Below, one piece after another: positions 8,367 through 17,088 of a stretch of DNA of 43,066 nt. The notes beneath the pieces were generated by a model. It saw only the letters and a program-made list of their open reading frames with translations. It ran no database searches and was not told the origin of the DNA. A program made the position numbers and the translations under genes. Numbering within the stretch: the first letter of the stretch is position 1; each line of letters begins with the position of its first letter. Source of the stretch: Candidatus Iainarchaeum sp. (GTDB lineage Archaea > B1Sed10-29 > WALL01); the NCBI GenBank assembly GCA_021162685.1, contig JAGGYF010000044.1, positions 1-43,066 of the forward strand, written 5' to 3'.

Positions 8367-8778
8367 TTATCCACCTCTCTATACTCAACCTTGTTGCTAG
8401 TGATGTATTTTCTGGAAGATTATTTAATGAAAACCAACCCATCTTCTCGTGCTTTTCCGGCTCCATTATGTTCGGTGTGCCATTAATAGTACACACAAAT
8501 GGTGTTGTGACCCAGTGCTGATTATCTACTATATGATCAACTGCCTTTAGTTGTTTTATCGGTTTGCACGTTACTCCTAGTTCCTCTTCTACCTCTCTTG
8601 TGATAGCATCAGCCAGTCTCTCGTTAAATTCCACACGTCCACCGGGAATCATCCACTTACCTTTTTCTGGCGCTTTTTTTCTCAATAGCATGAGCAATTC
8701 GTTTTTGTCATTGAATATCAGGGCACCTACCCCTACTCCTATATAGTCAATCCCCGGTCTCATAGTTTTCACTTCCAT
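8359..8778 (-). CDS. NUDIX hydrolase
   Basis: Nudix box GGRVEFNERLADAITREVEEELG; EPEKHEKMGWF. Confidence 0.93.
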   Translation of the reverse strand: MEVKTMRPGIDYIGVGVGALIFNDKNELLMLLRKKAPEKGKWMIPGGRVEFNERLADAITREVEEELGVTCKPIKQLKAVDHIVDNQHWVTTPFVCTINGTPNIMEPEKHEKMGWFSLNNLPENTSLATRLSIERWINE

Positions 8779-8902
8779 ATCCGAACCCCTCTGCTAATGT
8801 TAATAGTTTGTCAATCTCGCTACCTTTTTCTATTGTAATCTCCTTTTCATCCTTGATGTATTTATCCATAAGCATGGCGATGAAGTCATAGATTGTTCCC
8901 AT
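8747..8902 (-). CDS. Small hypothetical protein (51 aa)
   Basis: MGTIYDFIAMLMDKYIKDEKEITIEKGSEIDKLLTLAEGFGYGSENYETGD; GGTGA RBS at 8907-8911. Confidence 0.55.
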   Translation of the reverse strand: MGTIYDFIAMLMDKYIKDEKEITIEKGSEIDKLLTLAEGFGYGSENYETGD

Positions 8903-8935
8903 GACATCACCCAATGTTTCTACTGAGGAGCATCG

Positions 8936-9105
8936 CGATGCGCCGGTCCATGCGCATTATGGACTAGTGGACCTGCCGGGATTTGAACCCGGGACCTCTC
9001 GCACGCCAAGCGAGCACTCTTCCAGCTGAGCTACAGGCCCTTGAGTGGTACCTTGTGTACCACGATGCGCCGGTCCATGCGCATTATGGACTGAGCTACA
9101 GGCCC
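8936..9105. repeat. 30-bp direct repeat flanking tRNA-Ala plus duplicated tRNA 5' end
   Basis: CGATGCGCCGGTCCATGCGCATTATGGACT at 8936-8965 and 9063-9092; CTGAGCTACAGGCCC at 9026-9040 and 9091-9105. Confidence 0.9.
8968..9040 (-). tRNA. tRNA-Ala (GGC)
   Basis: Acceptor GGGCCTG/CAGGTCC with G3:U70, anticodon arm CTCGC-TT-GGC-GT-GCGAG, TTCAAAT T-loop. Confidence 0.97.
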
Positions 9106-9159
9106 ATCCAATATTTTTACAAGCATATCTATATAAACTTGATTTTTCAAAAGAATAAC

Positions 9160-9540
9160 ATGGCACTTATTCTAAAAGGAAGGGTTGTTTCTGGCTCAAA
9201 AGAGGGGGCATATTTCATCAGTAAATATACTGATAAACTTGAAAAGATAACAAAGTTCCACCCCTTTCCAGGTACACTCAATATAGAGTGTAATGTTGCT
9301 CCAAATTACCCATCGCGGGGGCACTTCATATCAAGCTGGACAGAGGGGGGCAAGAGGTTTGGAGCAGTTTGGTTGTATCCATGCATACTGCTGAACACAA
9401 GGGGATACGTTATTGTGCCAGAGATGGCAAGGCACGCACCAAATATCATTGAGGTCATATCCCCCTATTGTCTAAGGCATAAATTTAATCTAAAGGATGG
9501 GGATTATCTGGAAGTTGAGGTTGAGGAAGTAAAAGCATAA
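9160..9540 (+). CDS. ribK: CTP-dependent riboflavin kinase
   Basis: GRVVSGSKEGAYF, PFPGTLN, IIEVISPYCLRHKFNLKDGD. Start at ATG 9160. Confidence 0.88.
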   Translation: MALILKGRVVSGSKEGAYFISKYTDKLEKITKFHPFPGTLNIECNVAPNYPSRGHFISSWTEGGKRFGAVWLYPCILLNTRGYVIVPEMARHAPNIIEVISPYCLRHKFNLKDGDYLEVEVEEVKA

Positions 9541-9547
9541 CTTTTTA

Positions 9548-10018
9548 TTGCATGACTCTCTATCTTTTATCATGAGCCACATAAGCGAACTCCCAGTTAC
9601 AAAACTCATGAAGAAGAAGTTTGTCAAACTAAAACCTAATGACTCCATAAAAAAGGTATTCAAGTTATTTTCTGAGAAGAGGGTAAATTCAATACCTGTG
9701 TTTGAAGGAAAAAAGTTCATTGGTGAAGTCCACAAACTAGACCTCCTAAAACTTGTTGTAAATCCAAGGAAGATGCCATTTGAGCAAGTTATAAAGTTCG
9801 GTGTAAAAGCGGATTTTGGTTATTATGCCAAGAAGGTTTCAGATATCCTGACAAGACATGAGACAACAATCAATGCTGATGCAACAGTTGGGGAGGCTGC
9901 GATGATGATGTTGGTTGAGGGCGATTCTCTGATCCCAGTTGTGAAGGACGGGAAGATAATAGGTGTGATAACAGAGCAGGACATAGTAAATGCAATATTC
10001 AGAAGAATGAAGAAGTGA
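9548..10018 (+). CDS. CBS-domain pair protein
   Basis: Two CBS motifs (SIPV..KFIG; LIPVVKDGKIIGVITEQDI). True start may be 9572. Confidence 0.88.
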   Translation: MHDSLSFIMSHISELPVTKLMKKKFVKLKPNDSIKKVFKLFSEKRVNSIPVFEGKKFIGEVHKLDLLKLVVNPRKMPFEQVIKFGVKADFGYYAKKVSDILTRHETTINADATVGEAAMMMLVEGDSLIPVVKDGKIIGVITEQDIVNAIFRRMKK

Positions 10019-10022
10019 TAAT

Positions 10023-11174
10023 ATGGAGTTCCTTTTGGATCTTGCGTTAATTCTCATTTTTACTAAACTATTCGGTGAATTTTTTGAACGCATTGGGATG
10101 CCTGAGCTTCTTGGAGCAATCCTAGCAGGATTTGTCTTTGGTCCTGTGCTTGGTATAGTTGACATAACAAACATAGAGGGATTTGGTCAGATAGGCCTTA
10201 TCCTCTTGCTTTTTGTTGCTGGTTTTTCTGAGGTTGATGTTGAACAGATGTTAAAAGACAAAAAAGCAGGCATACTCATTGGTGTATTTGACTCTATATT
10301 GCCCCTAGCTGTTGGGTTTTACTTTTCTAGTTACTTTGGATTGCCCTTTACAACCTCTCTTTTCATTGGTGTTGCATTGGCAGCAACATCCATCTCCATA
10401 TCGCTTGGGGCATTTATTGAGAAGGGAAAACTGAATACGCGAGTGGGTCGCTCTATATTAGGTGCTTCAGTTGTTGATGACATCATAGGCCTTCTACTGC
10501 TAGCGATTGTTGTTTCAATAGGCAAAAGAGGGACTCTACCTTCCATCTCTGATATTGGTGAAATAGTATTTGGCATTGGATTGTTTGCAGTCATATTTCT
10601 TGTTGCAGCAGTTGTCTTTCCCGTACTTGTGAAATACAGCAGAAAGTTTGAGGCAGATGAGGCCCAATTCTCCACTGTTATTGTGCTGGTTATTTTACTG
10701 GCATTTCTTGCAGAGAAACTCGGACTGTCAACCGTGCTGGGCGCATTTCTCGGTGGATTACTCCTCTCAAAGGTATCCCAACTTGCAACAAAGTCCTTCC
10801 TTGAAAAACTGCACGTCGTTTCTGAGGGAATCTTCATCCCCATGTTCTTTGCATGGGTTGGACTGAAGATTGTTTTAGACCCACAGGCAATCAGCTTTTT
10901 TACACTTGGTTTGATCATCCTGGCGATACTTAGCAAGTTTATAGCTGCATACATATCTGGAAAAATAAATAGGTTTAACAACGATGAATGTTTGGCATTA
11001 GGCGTAGGCATGATACCAAGGGGAGAGGTTGCATTAGTCGTTCTGATTTTGGGCATGCAGTTGGGGGTTATCCCAGACTATGTCTTCTCATCATTCATGC
11101 TCTTAATCTTTATTTCGGTATTCTTGACACCTCTTTTGCTCTCTCCGATTCTCAAAAGGAGATTGCCTAGATAA
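10023..11174 (+). CDS. Cation:proton antiporter (CPA2/NapA-Kef family)
   Basis: About 12 TM segments, ATSISI, ASVVDDI, GMIPRGEVAL. Confidence 0.93.
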   Translation: MEFLLDLALILIFTKLFGEFFERIGMPELLGAILAGFVFGPVLGIVDITNIEGFGQIGLILLLFVAGFSEVDVEQMLKDKKAGILIGVFDSILPLAVGFYFSSYFGLPFTTSLFIGVALAATSISISLGAFIEKGKLNTRVGRSILGASVVDDIIGLLLLAIVVSIGKRGTLPSISDIGEIVFGIGLFAVIFLVAAVVFPVLVKYSRKFEADEAQFSTVIVLVILLAFLAEKLGLSTVLGAFLGGLLLSKVSQLATKSFLEKLHVVSEGIFIPMFFAWVGLKIVLDPQAISFFTLGLIILAILSKFIAAYISGKINRFNNDECLALGVGMIPRGEVALVVLILGMQLGVIPDYVFSSFMLLIFISVFLTPLLLSPILKRRLPR

Positions 11175-11230
11175 GCTCTAATCCCATAAACTTTTTATTC
11201 TCCTATTTGTTCTATACCTATGGTGATATT

Positions 11231-11668
11231 GTGAGAATAGGCATTATTGAGGTTTTAGGGGCAGAAGAGGTAAATGACGTTCTGGAGAAAGAATTTGAGA
11301 AGGAGGTATCCACTGTAGAGATAAAGCGTTTACTTGTACCAACAATAGATGATGCAGCATTGGGTGCAAAGAAACTGTTTGAGGATGCAAACTGTGATTT
11401 TGTTGTCATTGGTTATGCTCTAGAAGAAGGAGAAAAGCTGTCACAGGCATTTCAATATTCTGTACTAAAGGCTCAATACGACTTTAAAAAGCACGTTTTT
11501 AGGGTGATAGTGCCTCATGACCAGGATATAGAACCATATGCGAAAGCAGCAGCAATGGAGATTATAAGATACTTCTATAAGCCTTCTGAGTTACAGAGAG
11601 AAAAGAGCACATTGGCAGAAAATCAACAAACAACGGAAACATTTAATCCATTTGCGATGTTTGGGTGA
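11231..11668 (+). CDS. Lumazine synthase / archaeal riboflavin synthase-fold protein, degenerate
   Basis: RIGII..., VPTIDDAALGAKKLFEDANCDFVVIG resembles the archaeal RibC pattern VPGIKDLPVACKKL..EGCDIV. GTG start after GGTGA. Confidence 0.6.
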   Translation: MRIGIIEVLGAEEVNDVLEKEFEKEVSTVEIKRLLVPTIDDAALGAKKLFEDANCDFVVIGYALEEGEKLSQAFQYSVLKAQYDFKKHVFRVIVPHDQDIEPYAKAAAMEIIRYFYKPSELQREKSTLAENQQTTETFNPFAMFG

Positions 11669-11672
11669 TTAG

Positions 11673-11990
11673 ATGCAGAAATGCGATGATGTTTCAGTAG
11701 TTTTTGTTACTGCTCCAACGTTGACAGAAGCCAGGTTAATAGCGAAGACTCTTATTGCAGAAAAAAAGGCAGCATGTGTTCAAATACAAAAGGTTGAATC
11801 GTTTTTCAAATGGGAAGAACAGTTGAAAGAAATTGAAGAGTACCTGATTATAATAAAGGCAAAAACATCAAGGCTTGATGAGATTGAAGACCATGTAAAG
11901 CAGTATAGTACGTATGATACACCAGAGATCATATCACTACCAGTGCAATACGGGAGTAAGGATTATCTGGATTGGGTTAGGAGTCATTGA
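11673..11990 (+). CDS. cutA: Divalent-cation tolerance protein CutA
   Basis: VTAP..EA..IAK.L..KKAACVQI, FKWE, YDTPEII, YLDW. Confidence 0.93.
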   Translation: MQKCDDVSVVFVTAPTLTEARLIAKTLIAEKKAACVQIQKVESFFKWEEQLKEIEEYLIIIKAKTSRLDEIEDHVKQYSTYDTPEIISLPVQYGSKDYLDWVRSH

Positions 11991-12642
11991 AATCATTCAG
12001 TTTTCTTTGGTACTTTTTATCCTCAATCCTCTTGGACGTATCCCAACTCTTTCTTACTTCAGGAGGCATCTTTCCATGCTCCTCAAAATAACTATTAAGG
12101 AATTTCTGAGTTAATGGGTCGCTTGGATATCCACTGCCGATCTCCCCATATCTTTTTTTCAGACGTTCAATTACTTTATCTCTTTCAACTTTAGCAATTA
12201 TAGATGCTGCTGAAACTATTGGATGATTAACATCTGCTTTGTGTTCAACAACCAACTCAAACTCTTTTCCTAAGTACTTATGTAATCTTCTGACAAATAC
12301 ACTCGTATCTGTGTCTGGGCAATCCACAATTATCCGTTTTGGTTTTTCCTTAAAACTTAAAACAAGTTCTGCAATCTTTTTTGCTTCAACCTCATTTAAG
12401 CTCATTATAGAACGTAGCCCATCTATTTCTTTTGCAGGGATTTCAACAAAATGTACCTCTTTCGCTACCTTTCGTATCTTATCAGCAAGTTCTTCTCTTC
12501 TGCTGGGGCTCAGCATCTTTGAATCCTTGCATCCCATCTCGGAGTAGGTAATGCTAGCATTTTCTGTGTCTAGTACGCCTGCGATAATCATGGGTCCTAT
12601 AACTGGACCCCGTCCTGCTTCATCAATGCCCAAGATAAGCAT
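11977..12642 (-). CDS. rnhB: Ribonuclease HII
   Basis: GIDEAGRGPVIGP, KDSK, HKAD..VSAASIIAKVERD, GSGYPSDP. Confidence 0.97.
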   Translation of the reverse strand: MLILGIDEAGRGPVIGPMIIAGVLDTENASITYSEMGCKDSKMLSPSRREELADKIRKVAKEVHFVEIPAKEIDGLRSIMSLNEVEAKKIAELVLSFKEKPKRIIVDCPDTDTSVFVRRLHKYLGKEFELVVEHKADVNHPIVSAASIIAKVERDKVIERLKKRYGEIGSGYPSDPLTQKFLNSYFEEHGKMPPEVRKSWDTSKRIEDKKYQRKLNDFNDS

Positions 12643-12863
12643 TACACCAACGCCTTTTCTGATTTTTTCATGTCAAATCTAATTTTAAAAAGAGCAATGA
12701 GTACAACTGCCAGCAATAGCATATATGTGTTCCAAAACAAGGAGAACGGCTTTACATTATAGAACATCAGAAAAGAATACAGCCAAGAAACAAAAACAAG
12801 TAGCATTACAACCATCTCAAACCTACAAACATTTTGTATATACCTACTTACTCTTTTTTCCAT
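12642..12863 (-). CDS. Small membrane protein
   Basis: Two TM segments; translationally coupled between nadM and rnhB. Confidence 0.65.
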   Translation of the reverse strand: MEKRVSRYIQNVCRFEMVVMLLVFVSWLYSFLMFYNVKPFSLFWNTYMLLLAVVLIALFKIRFDMKKSEKALV

Positions 12864-13252
12864 ATTTTTTTCCTCCTTATAATTGTCCCTCTATACTTAT
12901 GTGGATGATACCAATATGTGTCAACAACCTTTATGCCTGCTTTTTCAAAGCATCTTCTTGTCCAATCATTTCCAGTTATTGCCACATCTACATGAACTTT
13001 ATCCAAGATTTGCTTTACCCATTTTTCATCATCGTTTACGTCTGGGATAGGTATAACCTTAATTCTTGGAAATTTCTCTTTAATCATTCTTACTCGTTCT
13101 TCATAGGAGTATGGGTTACGCAAGGTCCCAGATTCCTGGCTGCTTCCTATGCCTATGATAACCTCGTCATAATCCTTCAATGCCTGTTTTATGGCATGTA
13201 TGTGTCCTTTGTGCAGTGGTTGGAACCTTCCTACAAAGATTGCAGTGGTCAT
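12848..13252 (-). CDS. nadM: Nicotinamide-nucleotide adenylyltransferase
   Basis: FVGRFQPLHKGH, GIGSSQES..RNPYSYEER, GTIIR. Confidence 0.92.
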   Translation of the reverse strand: MTTAIFVGRFQPLHKGHIHAIKQALKDYDEVIIGIGSSQESGTLRNPYSYEERVRMIKEKFPRIKVIPIPDVNDDEKWVKQILDKVHVDVAITGNDWTRRCFEKAGIKVVDTYWYHPHKYRGTIIRRKKIWKKE

Positions 13253-13331
13253 ACATTAATTTCTCGTTCTGTATTAAAAACCCCTTTCTCTTGGCAATAA
13301 GTTTTTAAACATTACAGTTAAAATATAACTG

Positions 13332-14240
13332 ATGTTATCCACCTCTTTTGCGGGGATAGAGCTAGAAAACCCCACAGTTTTAGCAGCAGGCATTCTCGGG
13401 ACAAGTGCTGCAATCCTAAAACGGGTTGCAGATTCTGGTGCTGGTGCAGTTACTATAAAGTCTATTGGGCCGAAAAAGAGGGAAGGCCATTCTAACCCCA
13501 CGGTGCTGTTTTTTGATTCATATCTTATGAATGCTGTTGGTCTTCCAACCCCTGGGTATAGAAATATGGAAAGAGAGTGGGAGGAATTAAAAGAAATTAA
13601 TGTACCAGTTATCGCTAGTATCTATGCCAGTTCCATAGAAGAGTTTGTAGAAGTCGCGCAATATGTAGCGTCAAGAAAACCAGATGCAATTGAGCTGAAT
13701 ATAAGTTGCCCCAACACAAAAGCGCACGGAATGTTGTTCGGAAAAGACCCAAGTATTGCACACGATGTTGTTTCTCAAGTAAAAGAAGTCACTAATAATA
13801 TTCCGATATTTGCAAAACTCACCCCAAACACTGACAGGGTTATAGAAGTTGCTAGGGCGTGTGAAGAAGCAGGAGCTGATGCTATAGTAGCATTTAATAC
13901 ATGGGGTCCTGGTATGTACATTGATATAAACACAAGAAGACCAGTACTCCACTACAGAACAGGAGGGGTCTCTGGCCCAGCGGTGAAACCACTTGTTGTC
14001 AAAGGCATTTACGAATTGTACGAACATGTATCACTACCCATCTTAGGAGTAGGAGGCATTACAAATGGTAATGATGCAATAGAGATGATTATGGCTGGCG
14101 CATCCGCTATTGGCATAGGCTCTGCTGTTTACTACAGAGGAATAGATGTGTTCAAGAGGATATGTGATGAGATGCAGGGGTGGATGTTAACCCATGACTA
14201 CAAGAGCATAAAGGAGTTAGTAGGGGTTGCACATGAATGA
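13332..14240 (+). CDS. pyrD: Dihydroorotate dehydrogenase B, catalytic subunit
   Basis: NPTVLAAG, NAVGL, ELNISCPN, KLTPN, GGVSG, GVGGI. Confidence 0.95.
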   Translation: MLSTSFAGIELENPTVLAAGILGTSAAILKRVADSGAGAVTIKSIGPKKREGHSNPTVLFFDSYLMNAVGLPTPGYRNMEREWEELKEINVPVIASIYASSIEEFVEVAQYVASRKPDAIELNISCPNTKAHGMLFGKDPSIAHDVVSQVKEVTNNIPIFAKLTPNTDRVIEVARACEEAGADAIVAFNTWGPGMYIDINTRRPVLHYRTGGVSGPAVKPLVVKGIYELYEHVSLPILGVGGITNGNDAIEMIMAGASAIGIGSAVYYRGIDVFKRICDEMQGWMLTHDYKSIKELVGVAHE

Positions 14241-15006
14241 TGTAACAAAAACCTACAAAATCTTGGAGATAAAACAGGAGACCCCAACAATAAAAACATT
14301 TACATTGGATACTGCTTTGGAGGGCACACCAGGACAATTTGTTATGGTATGGGTTCCAGGTGTTGATGAAATCCCCATAAGCATTTCTAATTTTGATCCA
14401 TTACAAATTACTGTCAAAGAGGTGGGGGAAGCAACAAAAGCATTACATAAGAAGAGGATAGGTGATTACATAGGCATAAGGGGGCCATACGGAAATGGAT
14501 TTGGGTTGGTTGGAGAACGAGTTTTAGTAGTTGGTGGTGGCGTAGGTATTGCTCCTTTACGAACCCTTATGAAAAATAAAAATAAACAGTTCACAGTTGT
14601 CTTAGGAGCACAGACGAAGTCGGAGATATTTTTTGAGGAAGATTTCAAAAGAAATGCCGATGTTTTTGTATGCACAGATGACGGAAGCTATGGAAAAAAG
14701 GCATTTGCAACCCAACTTGCTGAGGAGTTGATACAGAACAATAGATATGATATGGTTGTAGCATGCGGTCCAGAAATTATGTTGAAGTATCTATTCGGAA
14801 TAACTGAGAAACATAAAATCAATGCTCAGTTCTCCATGGAAAGATGGATGAAATGTGGTGTTGGTTTATGTGGCCATTGTAGCCTAGACCCTACTGGTTG
14901 GAGGGTATGTAAAGAAGGCCCTGTATTCAGTTCAGAACAACTGAGAAAAGTAACGGAGTTTTTCAGATATAAGAGAGACCAATCTGGTACAGAGGTAGAA
15001 CTATGA
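14233..15006 (+). CDS. pyrK: Dihydroorotate dehydrogenase electron transfer subunit
   Basis: PGQFVMVW, RGPYGNGF, GGGVGIAP, CGP, MKCGVGLCGHC..VCKEGPVF. Confidence 0.95.
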   Translation: MNDVTKTYKILEIKQETPTIKTFTLDTALEGTPGQFVMVWVPGVDEIPISISNFDPLQITVKEVGEATKALHKKRIGDYIGIRGPYGNGFGLVGERVLVVGGGVGIAPLRTLMKNKNKQFTVVLGAQTKSEIFFEEDFKRNADVFVCTDDGSYGKKAFATQLAEELIQNNRYDMVVACGPEIMLKYLFGITEKHKINAQFSMERWMKCGVGLCGHCSLDPTGWRVCKEGPVFSSEQLRKVTEFFRYKRDQSGTEVEL

Positions 15007-16325
15007 GTTTCGTGTTGAAGAATTGTAGGATTATAAAGAATGGAAGAGTGGTGGAAACCGACATAGAGATTGAAAACGGCAAAATAATTAAGGTTGCAAA
15101 AGGTCTGCATGCTGATGAAGAGAGGGACGCGAAAAGGAATATAGTTCTACCAGGTTTAATTGATTCACATGTGCATTTTAGGTATCCAGGACACGAATAT
15201 AAAGAGACGTGGGAAACAGGCTCTAGGGCTGCTGCAAAGGGAGGCGTAACAACTGTTTTAGATATGCCAAATAACGCCCCATCATGCAAGACATTATCTA
15301 TTTTAGAGATGAAACGAAAGAAAGCCAGCAAAGATTCAATTATTGATTTTGGATTCCATTTTGGCGCAGCGCCAGATAACTTTGATGAGATTAAAAACGC
15401 GGAGAACATAGCATCCGTGAAGGTATATATGGGCAGCACAACCGGAACTTTACTTTTAGATGATGACGGAAAACTTTTAGAGCTTTTTCAGATACTTTCT
15501 AGTAAAGACATCATAGCAACTGTCCATGCTGTAAATGACCAATTAATGAATCACTTTGTGAAAATCGCGAAAAGCATTGCAGAGGCAGACCCATCTATAC
15601 ATTGCTTTATAAGGCAAAACATATGTGTTGCAGAGCCAGCATCAAGAGCCGCTATCCTTGCAAAGCATGCAGGCGCGAGGTTACATATCACGCATATGAG
15701 CACAAGACAAGAACTTGAGGTTGTTAAGCTTGCAAAGCAGAATGGGTCCCCAGTGACTTGTGATGTTACTCCTCATCATCTCTTCTTCAATTCAGATAAG
15801 ATGCGAACCCTAAAAAACTTTGCGAAGATGAACCCATGCCTGAAAAGTGAAGCTGATAGGCAAGCAATGTGGTATGGCTTAAAAGCGGGACTTATTGATA
15901 TTGTTGCCACAGACCATGCTCCTCATACAATAGAAGAAAAAGAGAGGGATTATTGGTATGCCCCCTCTGGTGTCCCAGGCGTAGAATATAGATTGCCATT
16001 AATGCTTGATGCTGTAAACAAAGGCATCATTGACCTTGCTCTACTACAAAAGGTATGCTGTGAGAATCCTGCCAGGATATACAGAATAAACAACAAAGGG
16101 AAGATTGAACCAGGATACGATGCTGACCTTGTTGTTATTGACATGAACATGGAAAGAACAATAACGAAGGATGACATAGTATCAAAGTGTGGGTGGAGCC
16201 CATATGAAGGTATGACACTAAGAGGATGGCCCATACAAACATATCTACGCGGAAAGTTAATATATGATAATGGAGAATTCTATCATGCAGAAGGAAGAGA
16301 AGTTTCCTATTCGCGAGGTGTTTGA
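15003..16325 (+). CDS. pyrC: Dihydroorotase
   Basis: PGLIDSHVHFR, GGVTTVLDMPN, KMNP, ATDHAPH. Confidence 0.93.
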   Translation: MSFVLKNCRIIKNGRVVETDIEIENGKIIKVAKGLHADEERDAKRNIVLPGLIDSHVHFRYPGHEYKETWETGSRAAAKGGVTTVLDMPNNAPSCKTLSILEMKRKKASKDSIIDFGFHFGAAPDNFDEIKNAENIASVKVYMGSTTGTLLLDDDGKLLELFQILSSKDIIATVHAVNDQLMNHFVKIAKSIAEADPSIHCFIRQNICVAEPASRAAILAKHAGARLHITHMSTRQELEVVKLAKQNGSPVTCDVTPHHLFFNSDKMRTLKNFAKMNPCLKSEADRQAMWYGLKAGLIDIVATDHAPHTIEEKERDYWYAPSGVPGVEYRLPLMLDAVNKGIIDLALLQKVCCENPARIYRINNKGKIEPGYDADLVVIDMNMERTITKDDIVSKCGWSPYEGMTLRGWPIQTYLRGKLIYDNGEFYHAEGREVSYSRGV

Positions 16326-16326
16326 G

Positions 16327-17088
16327 ATGGAGGATTATAAAAAAGAATTCGCTAAGTTACTTGCAGATACAGGCGCGCTATTCTTTGATGAAGGTTTGAT
16401 CCTAAAAGACGGGAGACCAACGCCCTATTTTGTTAATATGGGGAAATTTAAAACAGGCAAATTAAACTTTCTTTTGGGTACGTACTATGCAGATATGCTC
16501 GTTAGTAAAGGCATTGCTGATAACATTGATGTTATCTTTGGACCATCTTACAAAGGAAGTGCAATAGCAAACGCAACTGTCGCAGCCCTATGGGTAAAAC
16601 ATAGCATAGACAAAGCATTTGAGTATGATAGAAAGGAGGCTAAGACCCATGGAGATGCAAGTAAGTCTGCAAAGCTTTTCGTAAATGGTGCATTTTTTGA
16701 CGGTTGCAAAGTATTTTTGGTTGATGATGTAGGTACTTCTATGAAAACAAAATACGAAGCAATTGAAAAGTTGAATGCAGAGAGCGAAAGAAAAGGTATA
16801 AAAATAAATTTGGTTGGCGTTGGCATAGGAGTAGACAGAGAGCAAACAACAGCGGTTTATGATGAAAACGGAAATGTCATACTAAATGCCAGAGGAGAAG
16901 ACGCCATAGGCGACTTTATGAAAAAGACAGGTATTCCTGTATACTCTGTTGTGGGTATAAGAGAGGTGATAGATTACCTATATGCAGAGAAGTATCCAGT
17001 CCTAGTTAACAAAAAGAAACAGCCAATCCCAGAGGAGATAAAGAAGGAATTTGATGAATATATGAAAATATATGGAGTAGAGAGGTGA
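16327..17088 (+). CDS. pyrE: Orotate phosphoribosyltransferase
   Basis: LKDGRPTPYFVN, FGPSYKG, DRKEAKTHG and the PRPP-binding LVDDVGT. Start at ATG 16327. Confidence 0.92.
   Translation: MEDYKKEFAKLLADTGALFFDEGLILKDGRPTPYFVNMGKFKTGKLNFLLGTYYADMLVSKGIADNIDVIFGPSYKGSAIANATVAALWVKHSIDKAFEYDRKEAKTHGDASKSAKLFVNGAFFDGCKVFLVDDVGTSMKTKYEAIEKLNAESERKGIKINLVGVGIGVDREQTTAVYDENGNVILNARGEDAIGDFMKKTGIPVYSVVGIREVIDYLYAEKYPVLVNKKKQPIPEEIKKEFDEYMKIYGVER

Noticed and set aside
8957..9166. ORF 8957-9166 and the N-terminal extension of 8983-9540
   Set aside because: Both overlap tRNA-Ala; ribK similarity starts at ATG 9160.
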